This document shows positions 53,264 to 63,914 of a DNA stretch of 64,000 nucleotides, in pieces (the first letter of the stretch is position 1; each line of letters opens with the position of its first letter). Source of the DNA: Amoebophrya sp. A120 (lineage: Eukaryota > Protista > Dinoflagellata); NCBI GenBank assembly GCA_905178155.1, contig CAJINV010000002.1, forward strand, positions 2,771,217 to 2,835,216, written 5' to 3'. The notes beneath the pieces are model-generated. The model was not told where the DNA came from, made no database searches, and worked only from the letters and a program-made list of their open reading frames with translations. Both the position numbers and the translations under genes were made by a program.

Positions 53264-53544
53264 TATGACAGTTGTGCGCAACCCTCTTCCCTTGTTTTCC
53301 GCCGCGTTTGTCATGCAGCAAAAGTATACCGCATCGCATCCGCAGAGGCCAAGCTGAAACACATGAAAATCCATTTCCACTGCGAAAGCTACGATGTTGC
53401 CATTTCTTGTCTACTAAGCTGAAGCTGCAACATGAGCTTGAGCTACTTACTACTTTGTCTACGTATCTCCTGTTGTTGTAAATGTACTGTGTCCTTTCAA
53501 ATGAAGAAGGCGAAACAAGGGCGGGGTTCTTGTGCACCGTCATA
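53264..53544. mobile_element. Diverged family B intronic element
   Basis: tatgacagttgtgc / tgtgcaccgtcata; repeat agcga/agcca. Confidence 0.78.
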
Positions 53545-53760
53545 AGCCAACAGCACGAAAAGCCAGAAACTCTCCGTGAAGCTGCAGCTACGCAGGCCCC
53601 AGCCGGAGATCAAAATGGCAGCACGCCTGGGACCACTACTTCGCTTGGCGGGGCCGCGAACGAAGATTCCACTGAAGACGCAGCAGAACCGCTGGGGGCG
53701 GGCGGGTTGGGATCGTCCGCTGAAAAAGTCGCGCCACAAGCTCTTGACCTGGAAGACCCG

Positions 53761-53954
53761 TATGCAAGTAGAGTAAAATCGTACTAGTAGTAGAAATCGC
53801 ACGACAAATATCAATTTTTGGACCAATAAAAGAAAAAATAAAAAGTGGAAATAAGTAAATTTGTAATGCTAAATCAGACACAGGAGTAGTTGAAGAAGAA
53901 GATGCAGCAGTGCGATTACTACGATTTCACGATATGAAACTCTTGCCCAGGATA
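53761..53954. mobile_element. Diverged family C intronic element
   Basis: tatgcaag...atcgtactagt...tgcccaggata; repeat decayed (acccg/agcag); frame restored to DPPTADISCC. Confidence 0.7.
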
Positions 53955-55380
53955 AGCAGCCGACGGCGGACATTTCCTGCTGCGGGGCATTTTTGCAGGA
54001 GGGGGAAATGAGCCAAGGGGATAATATCCAGCAGACGAACAACGACAACTACCTGAATCAGCAGGAAGTTCTGGGTCTCATGCAGACCACGTCGCAGCAC
54101 GGCCACGAAGATCTTCTTCCTCAAGCAGAAAAGGTCAAGGTCGACGGGAGTCCTCCTGGGGATGATGGTGAAGCTGCCGGAGCTCTTCCTCGTGGCAGTA
54201 CGCTGGTTCGGAACGAAGACAATCTTCTTCGGGACGGGACTGTAGGGGATGAAGCGCTGCCCTTGAAGATGTCGACGTCGGAGGCGGATTCGCCGTCACG
54301 TTCCTCTCAAGAAGCATCCTTTTTACTCGCAGTCTGATCTTTTCTAGCGCGTTTGAGAGAGTTCACGAACCTATTTTTGTCGCCCAAGATGAACATGATT
54401 CAATTCATTCTAATTCTTCATTGCTAGCTTTCGTCGTACGGACACTGTTTTGGTTTGCGTGATTTTATAATTGCAATTTCAAGTTTTTAACATGCCACAA
54501 AATTATCCGCCTCCAAACTGCACACATAGCACGTTCCAATGTCACAGATTTTCCAAATTATCATTATCCGATACCAGTTACAGTTTTTGTTTTACTAAGT
54601 TGCCAATCATCATTATTTATCGTCGTTGCTAAGTTCACAGAGTAAGTACATTATCGTCGTTGCATTTTGTTTTACTGAGTGCATTATCGCCGTTGGTAAT
54701 CAACCTTTTCTTTATATATTTATTCGTTTTTCTTTTTTCGATGCCAGCCTTACCCGCACGCCAAAAAATAAAAACTCCGCCCCAGCACTAGCACACCGAG
54801 AAAACACATCAAGCAAGCATGATTCCCCGAATAGATACAAGCATCATGTTTAATCAAATTATCGTCGGCCCCGATTCGGGGACCCCCGAATAAAAGAAAA
54901 GCAACAACAGCGCCAGACACTAGGTCGCACTTACTATGCAGCGGTCACGGTCTGCATCGCCTCTCCCACAATTACCATTACGTTCAAAAATTTGGAACTC
55001 TTGTCGTATGCCACATGATTTCTAAGTTTACCAAGATAGAAATCGTGCGTCGTCGTCGTCGTTCTTGTCGTCCGATTATTTTTTCTCTTTCGTACAACTG
55101 TGACGCAGGCAACAGCATCAGTTCCGAGTTTAGGAGTTAGGGTTGAAAACCCCGCCTGCGTGTAGTACTTAACTCCAGCGAACTCCTATCCGTTTTTCAT
55201 CTACCAAAAAAAGAGATAAAGAGCGTCTTCGTTTTTTGTGTTAAAAATACGCCCAGGCCCACCAAATAGCTAGTATCGACCCCGTTTCATCATCTTACGT
55301 TTGCGTTATCTTTTGTCGTGCATAGCATCATAGGAGGTGGCTCAGGTGTTGCCATTGTGACAACTACCGCGCCCTTCCTC

Positions 55381-57228
55381 ATGCTCATGCTCATGGTGTC
55401 AACATCTGGTAGTTCGACTTCGAGTCCTCGTGTGGCCAAGAAGGTCTCCGCGTCGGGCTTTTTGCTTCGGCATCTCGGACCTTCGCTGCTTCTGGGACGA
55501 GTCTCTTTGGTCTTCACGACATTATTTTCAACCGCGACATTCGCCCAGTTGTTTTGCCCAGACTGCGCTCCCTACAATTTCGTCCGTGTTTTGGATTCAA
55601 ACACCGGGAAAGGCACCGGCTGGTACGACTCGCGACATGCGAGTCGGGTGACCCCCCACTGGGAAAACTGCCCCGCTGCGCGTGCCGCGGGTCAACTCGA
55701 TCACGAGGCCTGCGCCGTAGAAGCGACGAAGCATTTGATGGACGATTGTGCGGCGGGTGGCTGTCATGCCGTGATGCGGGTGAAATCAGGTGAGACGTTG
55801 GAGACCACGGAACTGGTTTGGCCAGGCGAGTCCTGGGGTGGGCCGAAAACCAAGACGGAAAGTTTGACTGGCCCAGATTCGGACAACTGGCCGCCTGACA
55901 TGATGCCCGCGGGCTGGATAGAAGCCGGCGTCTCGAGTCCCCTCGCCGAGTTTCACTACGGAAGCGACACCGGGCAAGTGATCCTCTCGCTGCGTTGCCA
56001 AGCCCGGCCGTGCCAACTAAAAGACGGCGGGAACTACGGTTGGGGGGTTCATTCGGTGACCGGACTTTTGGGGCACGGCGGGACCGCGAAAACGATCTAC
56101 ACCACGGGTGAGGATGAAAGGAACGCGTATAACACGCAGTGTCGCAAGAACGCCTGTTGTGCCGGCGTAGGTCACTGGGAAGCTAACTTTTTTTGGGAAG
56201 AAAGCCAGTACCGGTGCGACCAATGCACCCTGTCGAAGTGCCATGAGTCTTCGTACAATAGAGGGCAAACTGTGAAGCAGCCACTGGGAAATTACCTTTC
56301 CTCGCCCAACATCGTTTCCGAAAACGCGGATGCGCTGCCCAAGCCGCCGCGAGACTGCGTGGGGACCTGGGATTTTGCGTCCGACAGTGAACTACAAGCC
56401 GCTCAGTGCACCGGCCGCGGCGAAACGGTCACGCGGGTCTACACCGTCACCGTAGAGGAAGCCTTCGGCGGCGCGGCCTGCAGCGTGGCGCCGGATGAGA
56501 GGACCCGAACCATTGTGTGCCCCTGCACGGCGGTCGGCTATGAAGCGAGAACAACTTCTGTTGCAGAAGGCGAAGCAAGAACTTCCTGCGAGAAGCTGCC
56601 ACAGGAGCCGACGACAAAGTCGCCCTCGGACGATGGCGATGGCAGCCACGACACTACTGGCGCCACGTCGTCCACAGGCAGCAGTGGTACGCCGGCACAA
56701 GATGGACAAGACGGAGAGCAGCCTCGTACAGGCGACGCGCTACTTGACCCTGAGAACGCACCACTGCCGCAGAGCGGGCCCAACTCGGGAGATGACCTCG
56801 AAAAGAACCAGGGTACTACACATTCTGGAGGTGATGTTGATGCAGCTCCACCAATAAACGGTAACGGTAACGCCGGAGGCGGTGGCGCAGTACCTGCAGG
56901 GTCTCCACTGTCGTCTTCCGAAGTTGATACTAGGATTCTCAACGTGCGTCCGTACTTGGGGGCGTCTCGAGAAGACGGGGAGGATCCGAGCGAGGCGGAG
57001 ACTGCGTGTTGCGCCACGTCGACGTTCTTGCAAGGGGAAGAAGAAGGACTCCTGCAAGCAGAGGCTCATAATGGTGAAGGAGAAATACACCTCCTGAAGC
57101 AAGATCTTGTCTCCCTCCTGGAGGAAAGTGAACCTCGTGAGGCGGGAGAGGAAGCGGGTGCGCAGCGGTCCGCGTGGTCGACCTCTGATTCGCCGAATTC
57201 AAAAGACTTGTTTTTACTCGCAGTATGA
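55381..57228 (+). CDS. CPxCAPYN family paralog 3, intronless, with TSP1/spondin-like module
   Basis: Single ORF; FCPDCAPYN, GCHAVMR, WGGPK, CQARPC; DCVGTW...CTGRGETVTRVYTVTVEEAFGGAAC; ends LFLLAV. Confidence 0.85.
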   Translation: MLMLMVSTSGSSTSSPRVAKKVSASGFLLRHLGPSLLLGRVSLVFTTLFSTATFAQLFCPDCAPYNFVRVLDSNTGKGTGWYDSRHASRVTPHWENCPAARAAGQLDHEACAVEATKHLMDDCAAGGCHAVMRVKSGETLETTELVWPGESWGGPKTKTESLTGPDSDNWPPDMMPAGWIEAGVSSPLAEFHYGSDTGQVILSLRCQARPCQLKDGGNYGWGVHSVTGLLGHGGTAKTIYTTGEDERNAYNTQCRKNACCAGVGHWEANFFWEESQYRCDQCTLSKCHESSYNRGQTVKQPLGNYLSSPNIVSENADALPKPPRDCVGTWDFASDSELQAAQCTGRGETVTRVYTVTVEEAFGGAACSVAPDERTRTIVCPCTAVGYEARTTSVAEGEARTSCEKLPQEPTTKSPSDDGDGSHDTTGATSSTGSSGTPAQDGQDGEQPRTGDALLDPENAPLPQSGPNSGDDLEKNQGTTHSGGDVDAAPPINGNGNAGGGGAVPAGSPLSSSEVDTRILNVRPYLGASREDGEDPSEAETACCATSTFLQGEEEGLLQAEAHNGEGEIHLLKQDLVSLLEESEPREAGEEAGAQRSAWSTSDSPNSKDLFLLAV

Positions 57229-59055
57229 AGTGATGTAACTAGTAGTTGTCTTCGTGAACGTGGTGCGTTTTACTTTTATAGGAGATGAAGGACAGCGACA
57301 GTACCTCGTTCTTCCCCAAAGTATGAAAACTGCTCGACCATTTGCCACCTCGTTTATCATCCTTTTGTTCTACATACTGATAATTGTCCAAGGTGACTCT
57401 GCCCCCTTCCCGTTCCCACAAAATGGTGCAGGACGTCGCACCAGCTGGTGTTTCATTTTTCCCGCCCGCAAGAAAAACAACAGTAGGTCGCAAGACCCCA
57501 TAATGGTCTGGTGGAAAAGCTTCATACTCTCTTATGTCGCGCGTCCTCGGGTGGTCGCGAGTGTGGTCGTTTACCAGTACTTCTTCGTCGTTGCAGCGGT
57601 CTTCACGCTGAGAAATTCCTATGCGTAGAAGGTAAATAAGATACGTCCCTTCATTTCATTGTCACGAAGCACTCGTGGTCGTACAAAAAACCTCGTCCAG
57701 GCTCTATTCCTTCGTGCTGATATCAATTCAAAGCTAAACTTTCGGCGTGTCGCAGTCACCACGCACTTGGAATGCATGCAGACTCTCAGTCGTGTATCAA
57801 CAACACCTTCTCCACATTGATAACAGAGGCAAATTCCTCCAGTAAGTACCCGAGCCTAGTTAAGCGATTGACTTTTTACTCTGTCACTGACAGAGCAAAG
57901 GATAAGCGAACTGACAGACTGTCAGTTCCTGGTGCTATAAAAGATAAAATTCGCCGTGCGGATATTAGGCCGTCTTGCAGTAGATCCGAAACAAGTAGAG
58001 CATATTTAGTGTACTTGAATTCAATCATTTCATCAACTTAAGTATCTTCACCTTGTTCGAAGAGCCAAGTCATGACACTGCATCGCGCAACAGGAGCTCC
58101 TACGGTTTCTCCGGTTCTTCTTTCCACGAGAACCACTACACAAAAGTTGGTTCTCTTGGCTTTGCACGCCCTTCTCGACGGAGATCCTATCTCTCCCGGA
58201 CCACGACGAGAACCTCTACTGTTCGTTGCTGCAAGAACCTCTCTACAGCATGTTCAGAGCAGTACTTCTGCTACGACCTCGTCCGCCGAACAACAAGACA
58301 CGTACTGTCCCGACTGCGCTCCCTACAACTTACTCCGTATCTTAGATCCCGACACCGGTCGGGGTACTGGTTGGTACGATTCCGCCGTTGTAAAAGCCGA
58401 CCAGTGGGACGTGAGTGCAGCCGGTTGGGAGGAGTGTGGTGTGATAGCAAACGGCCACGAGCACGACCACGAAAAATGCGCGAAATTGGCCACGATGCAG
58501 GTGATGCGGAAGTGCCAGTTGACCGGCTGTCATGCGGTGATGCGGAAGAAAGTCGGAAGTGAGTTGGAAACCACCGAAGTGCTTTGGTCCGGCGAGTCGT
58601 CCACCTGGGGAGGCCCGAAAACCAAAACGGAAACGCTGGGAGGACCGGATGAATCCACGTGGCTCGCGCAAATGGCCCCTCCGGGTTGGGCGGAGGCGGG
58701 CCTGAGTCATCTTCAAGAACTACCCTTGCTCCCCCAGCTTCAGACCGCGAGTGACGAGGGGAAAATCATCATTTCGCTGACCTGCCAGAAGCGACCCTGC
58801 CAATTTAAAAACACCGGAAATGGCTGGCGGCAGCATTCGGAGACGGGGCTGTGTGGGGAAGAGGGTGCTGCAGTCACAAATTCCGCAGACTTCGAACAAA
58901 GCCATGATGCGCACTTTTCTGTCGTCGCCAAATCCCTACTGCTCGGCGAGTGTCGCGAGAGTGCGTGCTGCGCCGGGGTGGTGGAACAAGGGGAGAACGG
59001 TGTGTGCAAAGATGCTGCTGCAACCGACACAGAAACCACGAGTGGCAAGAACGGG

Positions 59056-59317
59056 TATCAAATGCAAAAGTGTCTGGGTCTGGAAGATTGCGAGACTTGT
59101 CATGCTTGTCTGGCATGTTGACCAAAAAGTTTGTGATGCGTGTCCAAGAAGAGACCCTTTTGCCTGTCATGCAAAAACGCAGTTTGTCATGCGAAAAACG
59201 TAACACAAAGAAGCGCAGACATTCATATTTCTCATGCTTGGCTGTGCATTACAGAGCATTCACTATTTCCAACGCAGCATTACAAGTTTCCAGACCCAGA
59301 CATTTTTGCATTTGATA
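59056..59317. mobile_element. Family A intronic element
   Basis: Repeat acggg/acgag. Confidence 0.88.
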
Positions 59318-59372
59318 ACGAGGGCCAAACTCCTATGAGGCCCTTGCGAGAATACACAGTTGCCGCGGACAT

Positions 59373-59611
59373 TATGGCGTTCTCAACTGTTACATTCTCA
59401 ACTGTTACATGGATTTGTGATGCAAGAACTGCAAAAGTGAAAAGGGAGAGGCTGCACTTCTAGCATTACAAGTTTTGCACAGATTTAGGTGCTGTGTAGC
59501 CCTTCGCAAATTTGTCATGCGAAGCAGCTTTCCCGTGTGAATCTTGAAGGTAGTCCTGCATGACAAATTCATGTAACAGTTCTTGAGAATGTAACAGTTG
59601 AGAGCGCCATA
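59373..59611. mobile_element. Family E intronic element
   Basis: tatggcgttctcaactgttacattctcaa / ttgagaatgtaacagttgagagcgccata; repeat gacat/gacat. Confidence 0.9.
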
Positions 59612-59703
59612 GACATCGTTTCCGTAAAAGCGGATGCGCTGGCAAAGCCGCCGGTCAATTGCGTCGGGTCCTGGCTGAATTAGAATTACGGAACAGCGGA
59701 AGA

Positions 59704-59966
59704 TATCAAATGTAAAAATGTCTGGGTCTGGAAGATTCTGAGACTTGTCATGCATGTTTTGCATGACCCAGGATGTCTGTGATGCACGACCTGGCATCAC
59801 AAATTTTTAGAGGGCTTCCTGATGGCTACTCCGCATGACAAACGCCCTCCCCGCGTAGCACAAGCTAGACTCCTCTTGCTGGTCATGCAATACAGATTTT
59901 TTTAGAGACCAAAGTTAGCATCACAAGTTCCAACTCTTCCAGACCCAGACATTTTTACATTTGATA
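59704..59966. mobile_element. Family A intronic element, close relative of the 2656 copy
   Basis: Near-perfect ~31-bp TIR; repeat gaaga/gaaga. Confidence 0.9.
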
Positions 59967-61870
59967 GAAGAAGTCAAAGAAAACTTGTGTACCGGCCACG
60001 GCGAAACGCGTCACACACGAAAATTCCTCGTCAGAAAACCAGCAGCATATGGCGGTCAAGATTGCAAGTACGAAGACGGCGAGACGGAAAGCGTCATTTG
60101 CCCCTGCGACGCGCCGGGGTACAGTAGCCGAGAGCGGGAGGTGCCTCTATTCGCCGGATTCGAGGATGCAGCTGCTACCACCATGACAACTACCTGTGAA
60201 AAAAACGAGTGCGCTTGCGCGAACGGCAGTGCAGCGGTCGGTGCGGAGTGTACCACTCATAGTGCGGAAATTTGCAAGAGTTGCAACGCCGGGTTTGAAA
60301 TTGTGGAGGGGAACAAATGTGGGGAAGTTGTTTTGACGACTGTTCCAGCCGTAGTTCATCCGGGCAGTGGTACAACTACACACGACAAAGAAGAGCTTGA
60401 GAACAACAAAAAGCCGGAGAGCCACCTGCTCGAAAACAAGGTGGAGCAGCAGCCCACCTCGGGAGTAGAAGATCATGAAGCAGCTTCTGACCAAAACAAA
60501 GACCCGACGGAGGTGATGCTGGGCAGCTCGGGGCAGGGAAGTGATCTGAAATTCGGTGGACATGCCCGGGGTGGGAAGGCGTCGCCGGTCGACCTCACCC
60601 GCAGGGAAAAAGTCGCGGGTTTGAAGCAAATCATGAGAAAGATGGGAAAAAAAAATGACGAGAAAGAACAGCTGAAATCCGCCCCCGAAGGGCACGAAGT
60701 CATTGCTGCGAGGCCCTACGATGTGCCGCCGCCAGGGGTCGTGCTTCCCTCGTCTAACGAACAACCGGACGAGACCACGCAAGGGGCGTGTTGCGCCTTC
60801 GTTGTGTGGCATGTTGTATTCGTTGTCTTTCTATGTTTTGTAGATATTTATTGCACTAGCAACCGAATTACAATTATCTTCCACCTCCCAACAAAATCAA
60901 AAGGTCTGTACAGTACCTTGTCCCGCCTTCACTCGAACCCCTGAAACCCATTTTGAGGAGCCGTATTGTTTTCCCGAAGTCTTTAAAGCATGATAAAGAT
61001 ATATTTGTAAAAATATCTTTGGGCTGGCGCCACTTGTCCCCCACTCTAAGTGAATATGAAACCCGACGACCGAAAGATACCATGCTTCCTTGAACGAACG
61101 AGCAATCATACCAGCCCCCCGGCTAACAGCAGGATCTCTTCGCGTAAATCAAAATTCTTTCGAAATGGCACGCAAAAAAGCTGCCCGGCAGCTGCTCAGG
61201 TGCAAACAAGTCGAGGAGAGCCAAGACGCTTATTGCTTGTCTTTCTCGTTGAATATGGCGTGTGTCTTCGTTTTAGAATTTGGTCGTCCTCGGTTGGAGT
61301 CGGTTTCCGTTTTCTTCATAAATTTCGTCCTCCTTGTAGTAGTTTGCCAATCTTCGTCCCCCTACCAAATGGCAAGTGTCGTCTTGATCGTTGTCCTTCG
61401 TACAAGTACAGTTTTCAGCAAGATTTCGTGCAAATAATCTCTCCAGCATGTTGATCTAGCTGCACCTCCACAAGAAAGCGATATTACGTGAAAAAATCCA
61501 GGACCGATGTAAGTATTTCGTCTGTCCTTCTTGATTTACTTCTGTATATATAATTTCCTCTCTCTACTTGTATATTCGATTCCGGATACAACCAGATTAC
61601 TACGTCGCTGTTGAACAATTTCCGTTTCTCGTATTTCATTGCAGCTTTCTCGTATTTCATTGCAGATTTGTGAAAAAAAAACGGAACAACACGCACGGGG
61701 CTACTACGCAGCTCGAGAGACGCAAGAAATCTGGGGGGGAGTTCAGGATCTTCCGGGGACCCTGCTGACCCCGGCCAGGACAGCTCGAAAAGTGCGCAGG
61801 AGACCTACAAGGTTCCATTCGAAAGCGCAGAGACGAGCCGGGACCTTGAGTCTTGCAGTTGCGAAGAGGA

Positions 61871-62019
61871 TATGAAATGCAAAGCATCGTACTAGTAGAA
61901 ATCGCATAAGAAATTTCCTCAGCATGAGAAAGAAAATTTGTAATGCGGATTTAACGTGAGAAAGAAATTTGTAATGCATGAATGCGATTAGTACGAGTGC
62001 GATAACTTTGCAATGCATA
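61871..62019. mobile_element. Family C element
   Basis: Repeat gagga/gatga; empty site in paralog at ~51070. Confidence 0.9.
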
Positions 62020-62279
62020 GATGAGGATGTAGCGGTCGCGGATGTCCCTTCTACCTCGTCATCTTTTGAACAGATGATGACGGAGATGACCACAAGTACA
62101 ACGGCCGACAAGAAGAACTACGATCGCACACGACCAGCAGCTACGACTCCTTCCTTTTTGGAAACAAAACCGGCGCAAAAAATCCTCGAGGGAAAGGACA
62201 AGCGGGCGTCCTCCTCGGGACAAAAAACATCCTGCCCACCGTGTCGTAGTTCATCTTCCACGAATGTTGAACGCAGTGC

Positions 62280-62524
62280 TATGGCGTTCTCAAGCGTTAC
62301 ATTCTCAATTGTTACATGAATTTGTCATGCAGAACTACCTTAAGCCGTGCGGCAGATGATCAAGCTGCTTCGCATGACAAATAATCTCCGAAGGGCTAAA
62401 CAGGATGTAAATCTGTGCAAAACCTGTGATGCGAAAGCAGCCAGCTTGCCCCTTTGACTATTGCTGTTCTTGCATTGCAAATCTATGTTGTAAACAGTTC
62501 AGAATGTAACGCTTGAACGCTATA
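62280..62524. mobile_element. Family E element
   Basis: tatggcgttctcaagcgttacattct / agaatgtaacgcttgaacgctata; repeat agtgc/agtgc. Confidence 0.88.
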
Positions 62525-63914
62525 AGTGCTGGAGTTGTCACTACCACAACTTCTACCGGAACTAGTACAGAGTCGCCTGCTACCGGACGAGACCACGCAA
62601 GGGGCGTGTTGCGCCACGTTTTTGGAGCAAGAAGGGGAGGACGAGGGGAATCTCGGTGTTGTGCAAGGACAGGATTACACCAGAAAGAATTCTGTTCTCG
62701 GGGAGCCGCTGCTGCAGCAGGGTTCGCCAGAAGGAACTCCCAGCAAGCTCCTTGACGAGAATACCAGCGAATATGAGCTGGAGGAGGAAAAGAAGATGAA
62801 TGAAAGTTGCTGCGAGATGAAAAGATCGGGGTCGTCTCCGCGGCGCAATCCCAAAAGAATTCCGTCTGGCGGGTGGAGGACCATCAAGGGCCCCCCACTC
62901 CTACCTCGTCGCCCGTTGTACTTGTGTGATCATGATGGCTTCACGGTTCTTACCCTTTTTACCCCAGAAGTTGTACCCTTATTTTTCCAACGAAGATTTT
63001 GTTGAATTCACCCCGGCCAGATTCAATTTATTCACCGTTCTGATCTTGATCCCCAGTTACAATGGTCGAAAACAACATCAAAGCTTGATGATACTTATGT
63101 AAAAGCATGTCCTGTACAACCCGCCTCATCCCCCTCAGCCAAGCCTTAGCCTCTTCTGCATTATCGGTAGAATCAAAAATGCAAAAATTCAGCACTTGAT
63201 GCTCTCCTTCATTCTTCATTTTTATGCATGCTTCATCTTATTTCATTGCTTAGCCTCCATTCGAGATTGTAAAGTATTTGAAATGGAACGTAAGTTTCCG
63301 AATCCGAATGATCTGGAGCAGAATTATGTTTTCCCGATTGATTTAGCGTGGTCTCTTTTCCAAAGAACAACAGATGTTGGTGCCCGTCTCCGAAAAAAAC
63401 GCGAACGACCAGTAAGTTCGAGGGGTATAATGATGATGAGTCTTTTTAGCACATGACCATGAAGAAGATTGAACCTGCACCATAATAGTAGAGCACATGT
63501 CATCAAGAGTGGGAACAATAGATTGTGTGAGAGGCCCAAACTCAAGGGATATACTGGATTGCAACCAGTAGAGATGAGCGGTACATGAGCACGACACTCC
63601 TTGTGATAATTGTGCCAATAAAGATGAGTTGACTGGAAACACGGAGAGATTTTTGAGTTGGAGAGTCCGTAGTAGCATTAGCAACCTGCACCCGGCGCTC
63701 GAGACGTGCTGCACGGGTTGTTACAGGAGATTCCTGCGTGTTGCTTCTGCCACCTGCAACAGGTATAAGCTGCTTCTGATAACCGCCACGGCAAGTACTT
63801 CCAGGAAAAATGGCGACCGCGCGTGGTACTGCTCGTGACACGCCCTTGATGGACCCAACTTCTAACGAGGACCAAGTTGTGGATGTTGACCGCGTCCAGC
63901 TCTCCGTCACATCC

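Larger units (their letters stand above)
52525..54337 (+). pseudogene. Rearranged CPxCAP family paralog 2: core domain missing, stop/frameshift at ~52786, three EGF-like repeats, C-terminal FLLAV
   Basis: LYCPDCAP fused to SSNEQPDETTQVACCAMK*; downstream frame continues through elements at 53264 and 53761 to SFLLAV*. Confidence 0.6.
58072..60944 (+). pseudogene. CPxCAPYN family paralog 4 (TSP1-like + EGF-like); 3 elements, in-frame TAG at 59681, disrupted C-terminus
   Basis: YCPDCAPYN, GCHAVMR, WGGPK; KPPVNCVGSWLN*NYG; CACANGSAAVGAECTTHSAEICKSCNAGF. Confidence 0.65.
61700..63005 (+). pseudogene. Fragmentary C-terminal paralog sequence (similar to paralog 1 and to the tails of paralogs 2/3)
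   Basis: ETSRDLESCSCEEE.VAVADV, KILEG..KRASS...SCPPCR, then PDETTQGACCATFLEQ in another frame; left boundary approximate. Confidence 0.55.

Noticed and set aside
59681-59683. In-frame TAG as a sign of stop-codon reassignment
   Set aside because: Single case inside a local 6-bp duplication; other genes end normally with TAG, TGA and TAA.
61625-61665. 21-bp tandem duplication tttctcgtatttcattgcag x2
   Set aside because: Only two copies in non-coding DNA; ordinary slippage.
2656-62524. Many short ORFs sharing peptides such as PDPDIFAFD, FQTQTFLHL, MQKCLGLE, KMSGSG, YEYDTFA
   Set aside because: They are translations of element TIRs in six frames, not a protein family.
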